DNA of 52,304 nucleotides from a virus (Duplodnaviria; Caudoviricetes): IMG/VR virus record IMGVR_UViG_3300020197_000033, positions 1 to 52,304 of that record; one strand, 5' to 3'. Shown piece by piece: positions 39,601 to 47,715 of this stretch (position 1 is its first letter; each line of letters starts with the position of its first letter). The notes under the pieces were generated by a model. It saw only the letters and a program-made list of their open reading frames with translations, ran no database searches and was not told where the DNA came from. The position numbers and the translations under genes were made by a program.

Positions 39601-40412
39601 AAACAGTCAGATTGGGACCTACTGGTAAAATCTTTGCATTCCAGTTTGAATCTACTACAACCAACTCTGCTCCCCCAATTGTTACTAACTCTACAGCTAA
39701 AGTTATTAACCTTAATGCTGATTTATTGGATGGATTGGATACTTCTTCTACAGATACTAGTGGCAATAGTGTTGTAACAAGAACTAGTGGCAATTTCTCA
39801 GGAAATATTATCAGTGCAAATTCATTTGCAGGTGGTAATGGAACATTCACTCAGTTAACCTGCAATGGTGGAATGACCGTAACTGGCACACTTAATGCTA
39901 GTGGTGGAATCACTGGTAGTATTAGTGGTAATATTAGTGGCAATGCTGCGACAGCGACTCTTGCCAATAATGTACGGGGTAATGGTGGATCTGTTCTATA
40001 TCAAAGCGGTCAAGATCAGACTACTACAAGCGGTTCCTTTACGTTCAATGGATCCCAATTAAGTGTTGGTGGGGATATTGTTGCATTTGCTTCTGACATT
40101 AGACTTAAAACCAATATTGAACCCATTGAAGATGCGATTTCGAGAATTAGAAAACTTAGTGGATTTACGTATAACTTAAATGATCGTGCAGAAAATGAAC
40201 TTGGACTTACAAGCGAGGAAAGATTAGTTGGTCTTTCTGCTCAAGAAGTTTTGGCGGTATTGCCAGAGGCAGTAAAACCTGCTCCTGCAAATCCAGAATA
40301 TCTAACAGTACAATATGAAAAACTTGTTCCCTTACTTATCGAGGCTATTAAAGAACAACAAAATCAAATTGATAAATTGACTGCAATGGTTGAGAATTTG
40401 ACTAATAAATAA
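33666..40412 (+). CDS. Large tail-fibre-like structural protein with C-terminal peptidase S74 intramolecular chaperone
   Basis: MPLSRLENFL...GNSLTRPFKTIQRAL N-terminus; beta-rich repeats; ASDIRLKTNI...GLSAQEV...YEKLVPLLIEAIKE. Confidence 0.9.
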   Translation: MPLSRLENFLKNAEGNILYVNPSDFDATDSLENRGNSLTRPFKTIQRALIEAARFSYQTGKNNDRIDRTTILTFPGTHYIDNRPGYTVQETGGVAVYKARRNSSYISQTLQEFTTETNFDILDRNNELYKYNSVEGGVILPRGTSIIGLDLRKTKIRPLYVPDPEDSRFEYTSIFRVTGTCYFTAFTIFDGDISKTCYYDFDSNVRRPTFSHHKLSCFQYADGVNNIIIDGADSQLTDLDMYYYKIAKAYGDASGRAIGDFPTFDDFEPNVDEFRIVGDLSADPIGITSIRAGDGNTSSTVITVDTLRNHGLFKDTPILIAGITTSIQSYNGSFLVSEVITDRQFRFVAPSAPGNPLPIPQEFQNSSVIIEPDTVSSASPYVFNCSLRSVYGMNGMDCNGDKATGFKSMVVAQFTGISIQKDDNAFVIYNPDTAVFNDTNTVSDAEKPLHSNSKAIYKPRYETSHMRIRNNAVVQIVSVFAIAFARHFHAERGGDASITNSNSNFGQTALESEGFRPQSFDRDNTGYITHIIPPRELVEEETTVSWLTIDVAKTVGTANTSRLYLYGYDTLEISPPSQIDSYRVGGKKGERLYLSLVNTLSGTAQQATYEAPVLMQVTSGVGTSRSKEYDVIRSSGVNYVISNVFGLVQNHQLVNGEKVRIFSDTGETPNGIVNDKIYYAITGGTLANNRMQLAATFNDAIARRPITGLSNAGGKLKIVSTVADKVPGEPGHPIQWDDVVLNWYILVNPSFSVNTIYPNLVALGAGVIGEESGSTYITRRVDNRSLLDRVYRVRYVIPKEHIDARPPTPGFVLQESKTTGISSASFLSANLSNPTQLKNVKLIKNATYSSGSIIFTTEKNHGLEENDLVTVTNVQSSNNSTAKFGFGYNGENVVTQVLSAKQFRVAGITTDPGTFQNQINQRTTQQQIDVLPTIQKSKSVDSLYVYRVNEIRGHRPGISGQDGIYNVTLACGSIALDKDLGFGVSFKAFSQDVRNLYPQQDRDNYDSDPQPTVSFASPEIVGKVVTNDRKRSLTRESLNIFMQGFNVGTAVTGAVITGTGNTTITLFSTVEHKFNSIKKLNVINPGAGYNNASGIATVIYDAELVNNALPGRNASVKVTVSAAGTITDISLNDGGSAYGIGNTMTISAYPAGNPTTFAVVQVSDIFDNVGDGLDLNGFANDAYNGTFKIVEVPTSKSVSVELGTYRSAGDVYIPRTDRRFPQYSAANPGVAITSIEVLDRSKGIARVRVKGNHTLVAGNTLTIWGTGNRLFDERTFVVDDVEPNAPLTGLHINVGIITAGVSTAYSITNSRLFGYGVRSKSRALGQGENNLGARGSVIWTGISTTLAAPISATDTTISLTDTAGFRRGDYLQINAEIVRIANDNINTVLRGQFGTVSIPAISGTTVKKVDIIPIELRRPSILRASGHTFEYLGYGSGNYSTSLPQKQNRVLGSEEQLTAQKKELSGGKVVYTGMNDSGEFYTGYNKLSAITGEEEIIGAPIFTYTGDDAETETTRKLSGVFDELLVREGITVEGGDNNNRTSQFYGPVNFTKKLTNNSEEGIETINLYLKGSAPQGKLLTVGISTPAVTKRSGDTSFVSTPLAGGYLGWIFSEGEWRRFGVVSQERDRNFIKLDQLGIGRSNSAFNFTDALEVNGTVKLKDLYVSGIVTFASNQSFSGVTYDTIIVKKVANFWGYNTTGGISAEGIPWENYNRYTQVHEAGVSQLYDLETVGTYVTFKPSSKLRIEGPIFDSFAGVSTFVGTLDVGNLECDGGSVNVTFLNALQAGISTLAVNNTLSARVGVITDLHSTVGVFTNGLFANVGIVTNLFSTTTRVDTLYAFNGITTNVVALNNVTTPVVYSNVGVLTNISGTNLNYSNITGVAVTATRLNFTDQFFGPTAFVNTGIITSVQARYIGGLGNAGPGQPSLQMNVNSGVVTSLVGYAITYQELQLTSGGRASIPILYANTGIITNLGDGTTNQTVRLGPTGKIFAFQFESTTTNSAPPIVTNSTAKVINLNADLLDGLDTSSTDTSGNSVVTRTSGNFSGNIISANSFAGGNGTFTQLTCNGGMTVTGTLNASGGITGSISGNISGNAATATLANNVRGNGGSVLYQSGQDQTTTSGSFTFNGSQLSVGGDIVAFASDIRLKTNIEPIEDAISRIRKLSGFTYNLNDRAENELGLTSEERLVGLSAQEVLAVLPEAVKPAPANPEYLTVQYEKLVPLLIEAIKEQQNQIDKLTAMVENLTNK

Positions 40413-40430
40413 TAAAAAGTAATTTTCGTC

Positions 40431-41198
40431 ATGAATTTAAATATTTTTGATTCGAATAATATTGATGTTAATAATCATTTGCTGATTAGAACTGATAGAA
40501 TTGGACCAGATAAAAATCATCCTGTATTCACTGTTGATAATATACTAACAGATCCAGATAAATTGGTGTCTGATGTAATCGAAAAGATGCCTGTGGATGT
40601 ATCTGCCTTTAGATCATCGTCATTTCCTGGTATCCAAGTTCCACTCAATTTGAGGTTTGGTCAAATTAACAATTTTTTAGCTTATTGTATCAATGAACAA
40701 ACGGATTTCGATGTAGATAATTCAGATAGCTTGGACATATCATATCAATTGAATATATTAAAAACAAATGATACATGCGAGTGGAAATCTCTTCAACCGC
40801 ATGTAGATCCTTCTATGTTTGCATTTGTACTATATTTAAATCCAGATGAAGAGTGTAGAGGAGGCACTTCATTCTTTGAACATTCTGAATGTGGAGTTTA
40901 TAATATGGAACATGTTGATCCGAAGTTTAAGAGACAGGAAATCTACTGGAACTATAAAGAATGGGAATTTAATAATGTAGAAAAATTTACTGAAATCATT
41001 GAAACGGATAGGTCAAATATTGATGCATCCTGGAAAGAAATCCATCATGTTAAGATGAAATATAATAGAATGGTAATATATCCCAGTTATTTGTGGCACA
41101 CTGCAGTTTATAATAAATCGGATTACGCCGAGTTCTCTAGAGTTTCCATTTCTGGATTTGTAAGTAAAAACTATTTTACAAATGCAAGATCATATTAA
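40431..41198 (+). CDS. 2OG-Fe(II) oxygenase-like (DUF6445-like)
   Basis: PHVD, VLYLN, GGTSFF, MKYNRMVIYPSYLWH. Confidence 0.85.
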   Translation: MNLNIFDSNNIDVNNHLLIRTDRIGPDKNHPVFTVDNILTDPDKLVSDVIEKMPVDVSAFRSSSFPGIQVPLNLRFGQINNFLAYCINEQTDFDVDNSDSLDISYQLNILKTNDTCEWKSLQPHVDPSMFAFVLYLNPDEECRGGTSFFEHSECGVYNMEHVDPKFKRQEIYWNYKEWEFNNVEKFTEIIETDRSNIDASWKEIHHVKMKYNRMVIYPSYLWHTAVYNKSDYAEFSRVSISGFVSKNYFTNARSY

Positions 41199-41745
41199 AC
41201 ATTTTGATCATATTTTAGATGCAGATGATTATTTTTCTCTTCTAAACCTATGTAATGGGTTTGATTTTGGTGATATATCATCTCCACGAGGGAGTTTTTA
41301 TTTTCTTGATGGTAAAAGATACAATAAAAAAATAATCAAAAATGATGGACTGATATTTGATATTATTCATAAGGCATTTGTATCTACTATGCCAAAAATA
41401 TATGAACAGTATGGTAGTGTGATTCCAAATGATTTAAGATACAATAAATACAGTGGATACTGGTTATGTAAATATACTGAAGGATCATATCTTTCGTATC
41501 ATAGTGATTCTGATGCTGATGCTGGTTCAATCACAGCATCATTTTCAATCAATGAAAATTATGAGGGTGGTGATCTCATTTTTTGGGATGATTATAAAAT
41601 TGAAAAGAAAAAGAACTGCATACATACATATCCAAGTTCTTTAACCCATCCGCACAGAGTTGATAAAATAACGAAGGGGGTTAGATACTCTGTAGTTGTT
41701 TGGTTTGCTTATCAAAAAGGAGAGGATTGGAGAGAAACATGGTAA
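41182..41745 (+). CDS. 2OG-Fe(II) oxygenase (prolyl-hydroxylase-like)
   Basis: YHSD, YEGGDL, HPHRV..ITKGVRYSVVVW. Confidence 0.9.
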   Translation: MQDHIKHFDHILDADDYFSLLNLCNGFDFGDISSPRGSFYFLDGKRYNKKIIKNDGLIFDIIHKAFVSTMPKIYEQYGSVIPNDLRYNKYSGYWLCKYTEGSYLSYHSDSDADAGSITASFSINENYEGGDLIFWDDYKIEKKKNCIHTYPSSLTHPHRVDKITKGVRYSVVVWFAYQKGEDWRETW

Positions 41746-42704
41746 ATCTAACTTCTATTAGAAGACTTATTGATTGCGGAAGTTATTCTGAGTTGATTAA
41801 CGAAACTGACTATAAAAACCTTGAGAATCTAATTACTCATAGACAAGATGTGTTTGGTAATAAAAAATTACATGATGGTGTTATGTTTGTCCAAGAGTAT
41901 GTTAATAAAAAACCATTAGAAAGAAGTAAATATGCCTTTATGATGTCTCAACCAACTGGTATTGGTCAATGGCAAAGTATTAACGGAAAAATATACGAAA
42001 ATAAAATTTTAAATTATATTTTAGAGGTAAAATCCATTACTCTAAGTAATAATGAAGTAGAAGAAGAACTTATATTTTTTGAATATTTTCCTCTATTTGC
42101 GGAAAGTATTTCATATATAAAAACTTTTATCTCAGAACTTCTGGGTGTTGCGGATATTCCAGATATTTCAACATTTTTATCAAATATTGATGGATTATCT
42201 GAAGATTATACTGTTGAGTATTCTTTAAGATATATACTGCACAATCATAAGTCAAACTCTGTTAAATTGTATATTTTTAAGAGAACAGATGATACAAATA
42301 ATCTTACAAACTTAATTTCTAAAGTTGCAACTAATAAAACATCCAAATTATTCCAAAATGCAAATGGAGTAGCTAATTGTTTTAGTGGATTGTTTTACAA
42401 CGAAAATGTTAATTCTTCATTTTTTATTGAAGTAACACCAGATGGAATATGTGAACAGATTGGATATGCTGCTGTTCCTGGACAAAGCCGCGAATTAGTC
42501 AATGCTTTTTCTACTGTTCCTCAAGATTGCGAAAACCACATTATTTCCGAGTCTTGTAGGTGGGGATGGATCCCTGAAGAACACTCTTGGAAGATTTCTG
42601 AGTGGAAAAATGATAATAGATTTACAAATGTATTCATATCGTTTGATGTCTCTGTAACATCTAACTCTGTGTTATCTAAAGTAATCTATGGTGTTAGGAA
42701 TTAA
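41739..42704 (+). CDS. Hypothetical protein
   Basis: Long ORF without recognisable motif. Confidence 0.7.
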   Translation: MVNLTSIRRLIDCGSYSELINETDYKNLENLITHRQDVFGNKKLHDGVMFVQEYVNKKPLERSKYAFMMSQPTGIGQWQSINGKIYENKILNYILEVKSITLSNNEVEEELIFFEYFPLFAESISYIKTFISELLGVADIPDISTFLSNIDGLSEDYTVEYSLRYILHNHKSNSVKLYIFKRTDDTNNLTNLISKVATNKTSKLFQNANGVANCFSGLFYNENVNSSFFIEVTPDGICEQIGYAAVPGQSRELVNAFSTVPQDCENHIISESCRWGWIPEEHSWKISEWKNDNRFTNVFISFDVSVTSNSVLSKVIYGVRN

Positions 42705-44308
42705 ATAAATACCCAATTTCCTGAGCCACTTTGGGTTACTTTTGTCCCCGCAGCACCTCCCCCTTCACCATTCTGGCCAGATCCACCGCTATTAGCGTTT
42801 CCACACCCACCTTGTCCGCCGCCACCGCCGGAACCATCGCCTCCGCGGCCGCCAGGGTTTCCATTTGCTCCATTATCCCCCCCGCGGCCGCCACTTCCGC
42901 CATCACCGCCACGGCCTCCTCTGCCGTTTCCACCACCGCCTTGCGAGCCGGGAACTCCCGATGCCATTGATGGAGAGGTGGCAAATGTATCAACCCAAAA
43001 CTGACCGTTCCACCAAAATCCTCTACCCATACCACCGTTGCCGCCCGCTCCGCCGGCGCCACCACTATTATTTCCTCCATAACATACTCGCTGACTTCCA
43101 TTACAGAACCAACTGCCGTCACATCTCACGTCCCCACCTTGTTGGCCGTTGCCTCCATCACCGCCTCGGCCTCCTTTTCCGCCACCGCCGCCGGCACCTT
43201 TAATTCTATTAACAAAATCATCGTTGGTAATATGAATCGTGCTTGATAAGTGCATTGCTACACCGCCTGCACCACCGTTTATTGGTCCAGGTTTCCCTCT
43301 AACCATTCCAGAAACACGCAATTCACAACGTCCAGTCAAACCTTCATTGATTCTCAACCCAGGATTACCATCGTTAGAACCACACTGACCATTCAAATAT
43401 ATTTCTTTTCTTATATTTCCAGTCCAAAGCTGATCTCCAAAAATTTGCCATCTGCTATTAAGATGAGTAAATTGACCATTGCAATTAGCTCGTATTTTTG
43501 CCGTAGAACCCCTAAAGTTACTAAAACGGATCGTGCCGCCTGTGGGAATACCGTTATTATATGAAATGTTGGGAATTACTGAACCTCCTCTGAAATAATT
43601 ACCAATATTATTTCCGCCACCAAAAGCTGATCTAATACTACCAAAGCTAATTGAACCACTAGTGAATAAGTTATCTGGAACTAAGGTAACTGTGTTTGCA
43701 ACTAAATTAGATATGTCTCGTACTTTTTCTATATCTGATGCATTTTTAATCGTATATGATTCATCCAAATCCATAGTAATAACCCTAGGTCCGTTTGGAT
43801 CTAATTTGGTTATTGTCTCCTCATCATCATTGATAATGTAAATCAGTTCAGAATTTCCGTTAAATTTTGCAGCATTTTCTCTTAAATACTGAACTGCATC
43901 TTTTAAATCAATATTATCATCGGAATCTTTATCTAAATCTCTGATGAGAACATTGACGAATACTGAAGATGGCGATGAATAGAACTTGATTAGTATATCG
44001 TTATCGATTGTGATATTGCTTGACCCATCTTCTTCATACTTAATGCCATTTTTGACCTCATGTGTTGCATGAATGAAAATAGGTCTAGTTCCTAATTTTT
44101 TACCATCATCATATTCTCCATCATAATACCAAACATACATTGGAAAATCTCCATGTGTTTTTAGAGATTTGTATATTATTTCTCTAAATTTGGATTGATA
44201 TACTTTTGGAGCCCATTCTGGTATAATACCAGAACGACCATCTTCCTCTGCTTGTCTTTCCAGTTCTACACACTCTAATGAGGACATTGGTAAATTTATT
44301 GATTCCAA
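42701..44308 (-). CDS. Glycine-rich putative adhesin/fibre-tip protein (likely start ATG 44287)
   Basis: SGSISFGSIRSAFGG module, then GAGGGGGKGG repeats; minus-strand CTAAATA late promoter at 44313-44319. Confidence 0.75.
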   Translation of the reverse strand: MESINLPMSSLECVELERQAEEDGRSGIIPEWAPKVYQSKFREIIYKSLKTHGDFPMYVWYYDGEYDDGKKLGTRPIFIHATHEVKNGIKYEEDGSSNITIDNDILIKFYSSPSSVFVNVLIRDLDKDSDDNIDLKDAVQYLRENAAKFNGNSELIYIINDDEETITKLDPNGPRVITMDLDESYTIKNASDIEKVRDISNLVANTVTLVPDNLFTSGSISFGSIRSAFGGGNNIGNYFRGGSVIPNISYNNGIPTGGTIRFSNFRGSTAKIRANCNGQFTHLNSRWQIFGDQLWTGNIRKEIYLNGQCGSNDGNPGLRINEGLTGRCELRVSGMVRGKPGPINGGAGGVAMHLSSTIHITNDDFVNRIKGAGGGGGKGGRGGDGGNGQQGGDVRCDGSWFCNGSQRVCYGGNNSGGAGGAGGNGGMGRGFWWNGQFWVDTFATSPSMASGVPGSQGGGGNGRGGRGGDGGSGGRGGDNGANGNPGGRGGDGSGGGGGQGGCGNANSGGSGQNGEGGGAAGTKVTQSGSGNWVFI

Positions 44309-44352
44309 TCAATATTTAGCATAATAAATAATAAAAATCACTGAAATTGATT

Positions 44353-44520
44353 ATGAAAAACCAAGAAGACTATCAAAAAGAGTTGATCGAAAGACACGAT
44401 GCTCTTGCTCTTGAACTAAGAGAAATGGAAAAATCCTTTAATGTAAAGAAAGAAGAATATCTTAAAATTCAAGGTGCTTTAGAAATGCTTGCGGTACTAA
44501 CAGAACCCAAACAAGATTGA
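44353..44520 (+). CDS. 55-aa coiled-coil hypothetical protein
   Basis: MKNQEDYQKEL...YLKIQGALEML; ATAAATA upstream. Confidence 0.7.
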   Translation: MKNQEDYQKELIERHDALALELREMEKSFNVKKEEYLKIQGALEMLAVLTEPKQD

Positions 44521-44529
44521 CTTATCACA

Positions 44530-45246
44530 ATGTCAGTTATTGATATTTTGCCTGCACCACTATATGTGGAAGAGTGTCCTTTTCATGACCAAAATAAGAG
44601 GACATTTAATGAAGAACTACTACAAGTCCTGGGTAATGGCATGGAAAACCCATCAGCGAAAGGACTGTATCATTTTGATTATTACTGCGTATTAGATGAT
44701 GATAAGTATTCTAGGTTTAGAACCTGGGTAGAAATACAAGCTGAGATTTTTGTGAGAGATATTCTGGGGTATCATTTGCCAGATAATGAAAGCATGATGA
44801 TGACTGATAGTTGGTTTAACGTATGTGCCAAAAATGGTCATCAGTATCCACATTATCATGGTAATGCTTTTGTTTGTGGATTGTATTACATCAATTTTGA
44901 TGAAAACAATCATGCTCCAACATACTTTGGTAGACCATCATCTAGTCGTAAGTTTCCTGAATATTCGGTTCTGGAACTCAACTATGATAAGAATACAAGA
45001 TACAATCAACTTGACCAAGTAATTGGTAAAGAAGGTACATTATTTCTATGGGAATCTCATATGGTTCATGGATATAAAACAAATGATAAAGACAATCGTT
45101 TTACTTTATCCATGAATTTTATGCCTACAGTGATGACTAATGGAAGTTATGGGTGGAGAGTGAGTAAACTGAATCCTAACGAAAGAAAATCTTGCTATCA
45201 AACATTTCGATCTGGTAAAACATGGAGTTCTCCCGACACACAATAA
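44530..45246 (+). CDS. Putative 2OG-Fe(II) oxygenase (TIGR02466-like)
   Basis: DSWFN, PHYHGN..VCGLYY, EGTLFLWESHMVH, RFTLSMN. Confidence 0.85.
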   Translation: MSVIDILPAPLYVEECPFHDQNKRTFNEELLQVLGNGMENPSAKGLYHFDYYCVLDDDKYSRFRTWVEIQAEIFVRDILGYHLPDNESMMMTDSWFNVCAKNGHQYPHYHGNAFVCGLYYINFDENNHAPTYFGRPSSSRKFPEYSVLELNYDKNTRYNQLDQVIGKEGTLFLWESHMVHGYKTNDKDNRFTLSMNFMPTVMTNGSYGWRVSKLNPNERKSCYQTFRSGKTWSSPDTQ

Positions 45247-45252
45247 TTATGT

Positions 45253-45307
45253 GTGTGACAGTTTGATGATTGTCACACTTGCCATTACCTATGACGGTAT
45301 GTATTGT
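45253..45307 (+). promoter_or_regulatory. Early-type promoter with upstream inverted repeat
   Basis: GTGTGACA-N10-TGTCACAC then TTGCCA-N17-TATTGT. Confidence 0.75.
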
Positions 45308-45327
45308 AAATACAAAGCAAATCAACC

Positions 45328-45681
45328 ATGACTAAGTGGACTGCACTAATACAAACATCTACGGGTGTTCTTCAAAGAATTAACTTTGACTCCGCTAGTG
45401 GTTGGAGACAAGATGCTATTGCTCAGGTACAGGGAACTTACGGTGCTAAAAAAGTAATTAGTTGTAACCCAGCAGGCAATACGATTGTTCATAAATCTGG
45501 CAATAAAACTAGAAACTCAAATCCAGTTGTTGCAGCTGCTGCAACATCTGCAGTAACTCTGACAGAAATGTTATTAGTTCCGATTATCTTTTTAATCTTA
45601 TGGTTTATTCCCCCTGCAATTATACTGACCACTGCACTTGTTTCTGCCGCAATCGTTGTCTTTCGGAAATTACGGTATTGA
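45328..45681 (+). CDS. Hypothetical membrane protein
   Basis: ORF track; hydrophobic C-terminus. Confidence 0.7.
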   Translation: MTKWTALIQTSTGVLQRINFDSASGWRQDAIAQVQGTYGAKKVISCNPAGNTIVHKSGNKTRNSNPVVAAAATSAVTLTEMLLVPIIFLILWFIPPAIILTTALVSAAIVVFRKLRY

Positions 45682-45729
45682 CTTTTAATTGATGATAATA
45701 TATAATAATTGTAAGTATAATTGAATTAC

Positions 45730-46089
45730 ATGGAAAGTACCACCGAAAATACAGTAGAACAAGAATCTTACCCTGCTCCTGGTGCCCCTTCACAAGCATT
45801 TGTAGGTAAAGGCGAGGGACATGAACAAAGAGTTCTTCGACTCAATAAACAGTTCAAGATTGTTTCTTCTACTCTTGGAAATCTTGATAGTAGATTATCT
45901 GCCTTGGAAAAGTTTGTAGTGAATGCTGTTAATTTTCAAGCAACATTTACAAACGTAATTGCTACTCTCCATGAGATCGAAATGCGAGTCAAGGAATTGG
46001 AAGATTCTAGAGATGAAAAAGCTGCCAAGGATCGTTTTGATCTCACTACCGAAGTTGCTAGAGGACCTGGAGCACCACCAATCGAATAA
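45730..46089 (+). CDS. Hypothetical coiled-coil protein
   Basis: ORF track; TTGACT...TATAAT promoter-like sequence upstream. Confidence 0.7.
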   Translation: MESTTENTVEQESYPAPGAPSQAFVGKGEGHEQRVLRLNKQFKIVSSTLGNLDSRLSALEKFVVNAVNFQATFTNVIATLHEIEMRVKELEDSRDEKAAKDRFDLTTEVARGPGAPPIE

Positions 46090-46165
46090 GGATTCCTAAT
46101 CAATCCCCCCCTTGACAAGACTGTTGAGGGGGGTTATATTACATAGGTAATCAACAAACGGACCC

Positions 46166-46321
46166 ATGCTCTGGCAAGACCGCAACGGCACCTGGCACTC
46201 TACTCAATCTCCCATTGATGCTAAGATTGAACAGGCAATGATTGCTGACAATGCTGAAAAAGTGTGGACCGAACGTGAATTGTCTGGTGATGCACTGTTT
46301 GACGAATTGTTTGGGGGGTGA
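46166..46321 (+). CDS. 51-aa hypothetical protein
   Basis: Hand translation MLWQDRNGTWHST...LFDELFGG*; follows a promoter. Confidence 0.65.
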   Translation: MLWQDRNGTWHSTQSPIDAKIEQAMIADNAEKVWTERELSGDALFDELFGG

Positions 46322-46408
46322 ATGTGACGTTCCGCGAACTGGTACACACCTCTTGACAACCATACAAAACTGCGTTACCTTAAGAAAGTCAACACAATTT
46401 TAACTGAC

Positions 46409-46537
46409 ATGTTTGATTTTGATGAATTAGATCGTATCGAAACTTCTGTTCTCGATGACGATCTTTTTGATTGGATGAGTTCAGGTGTTGTTGAAGAGTT
46501 TGACTCTGAGACACTTGCTTTGCTCAAGGAGTTCTGA
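46409..46537 (+). CDS. 42-aa highly acidic peptide
   Basis: MFDFDELDRIETSVLDDDLFDWMSSGVVEEFDSETLALLKEF*; follows TTGACA-N17-TACCTT. Confidence 0.65.
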   Translation: MFDFDELDRIETSVLDDDLFDWMSSGVVEEFDSETLALLKEF

Positions 46538-46548
46538 TATTTTATGTT

Positions 46549-46620
46549 TATGGGAATGAGATGCGCCCCAAAGACACTCACCATTTCTCAATGTATTCTA
46601 AATTAAAAGGAGAAACACTC
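46549..46620 (+). repeat. 72-nt leader repeat, copy 1 (candidate structured RNA)
   Basis: 64/72 identical to 48899-48970 by hand alignment. Confidence 0.9.
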
Positions 46621-46621
46621 T

Positions 46622-47635
46622 GTGACTAAAACTCTTGATGAACTCAAAAGGATTGAGGGACATCTGTCATATGAGATTGTCAACTTTGTTGATGAGACTC
46701 ACAATGACTGTAAAGTCCATAAGATTCTTAGGAAAAAGAATTCTTATCCTCTTGTGGTTCTTGATTCCCCCCCGCCCGGCATTCCACTGATTCCCGTGGA
46801 CAAGATCATCGTAGGTGCTTATCAGCGACCCGAAGATTTTGACCAGAACCAAGTAGCAAACAATATTAAAGATGTTGGTGGATTTAAGTACGACTTTTTT
46901 AATGTCGTACTGGTGTATCTTCGTCCCAATGGTAAGTATTACGTTGTGGACGGTATGCATCGCATTGTGAAAGCAATGCTTTGTGGGATTAGGGATGTTC
47001 CTGCATTGGTAAAAGTCCACCCCCAAGGTCTATCTACCGCTGAGATGGAAAAGATTGAAGCAGATGCATTTCTTGCTAGTAACCGTCGCAACAAAAAAGT
47101 TAGTAAGAATGGTAACTTCAAAGCAGGCATTTATGCCGGTGATGCTGCATCTCTTCAGATCGAACGTATTCTGAATGTTACGAACTGGACCATCAAAGGA
47201 CTTGGTGGTGATGGACAATTTGTCATCAGTGATTACGGTCATATCCGTGATTCCTATATTGATTATGGGAAAGATGCCGTTGTGTACGCATCTCAACTGG
47301 TGCAAAACAACCAATGGAGAGGTGAGAAACCTGCACCCACTTTTGTCGGTGGTGTTGCATGTTTTATTGCAAAGATCTTCCCTCAGTTGAACGAACAGAC
47401 GAAAGTTCTCTTTATCACTTGGTTCAACAGCATGATGACCTTGACTGATACTCAACGGTCCTACACTGAGAAACCTTGTTATGGTCGTGCAAGGGAAAGT
47501 GTTGCGTTTCGTTTGTCGCAACGGTTCAACTTCTATGTGAGACAAAAAGGTCTTCGCCGGCCGATTACTATTACTCACATCAAAGAGTTGGAAGGGTTGA
47601 GTAACGAATGGTTATCCGCATTTCACATCGACTGA
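46622..47635 (+). CDS. ParB/Srx-fold (DGQHR-type, DUF6551-like) protein
   Basis: YQRP, LVYLRPNGKYYVVDGMHR, EADAFLASN; AAGGAG RBS and GTG start. Confidence 0.8.
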   Translation: MTKTLDELKRIEGHLSYEIVNFVDETHNDCKVHKILRKKNSYPLVVLDSPPPGIPLIPVDKIIVGAYQRPEDFDQNQVANNIKDVGGFKYDFFNVVLVYLRPNGKYYVVDGMHRIVKAMLCGIRDVPALVKVHPQGLSTAEMEKIEADAFLASNRRNKKVSKNGNFKAGIYAGDAASLQIERILNVTNWTIKGLGGDGQFVISDYGHIRDSYIDYGKDAVVYASQLVQNNQWRGEKPAPTFVGGVACFIAKIFPQLNEQTKVLFITWFNSMMTLTDTQRSYTEKPCYGRARESVAFRLSQRFNFYVRQKGLRRPITITHIKELEGLSNEWLSAFHID

Positions 47636-47715
47636 TTAGATAAGGGATCCTTATCCAAACCCCCCTTGCCCTGCAGGGGGGGTTCCTTTATCATACTTCC
47701 ATTGACATTCAGATT

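Noticed and set aside
42731-43564. Several + strand and alternative-frame ORFs
   Set aside because: Shadows of GC-rich glycine codons in the minus-strand gene
47554-47580. HEPN-like R-x-H motif (RRPITITH) in the ParB-like protein
   Set aside because: Too short and unspecific, with no supporting HEPN context
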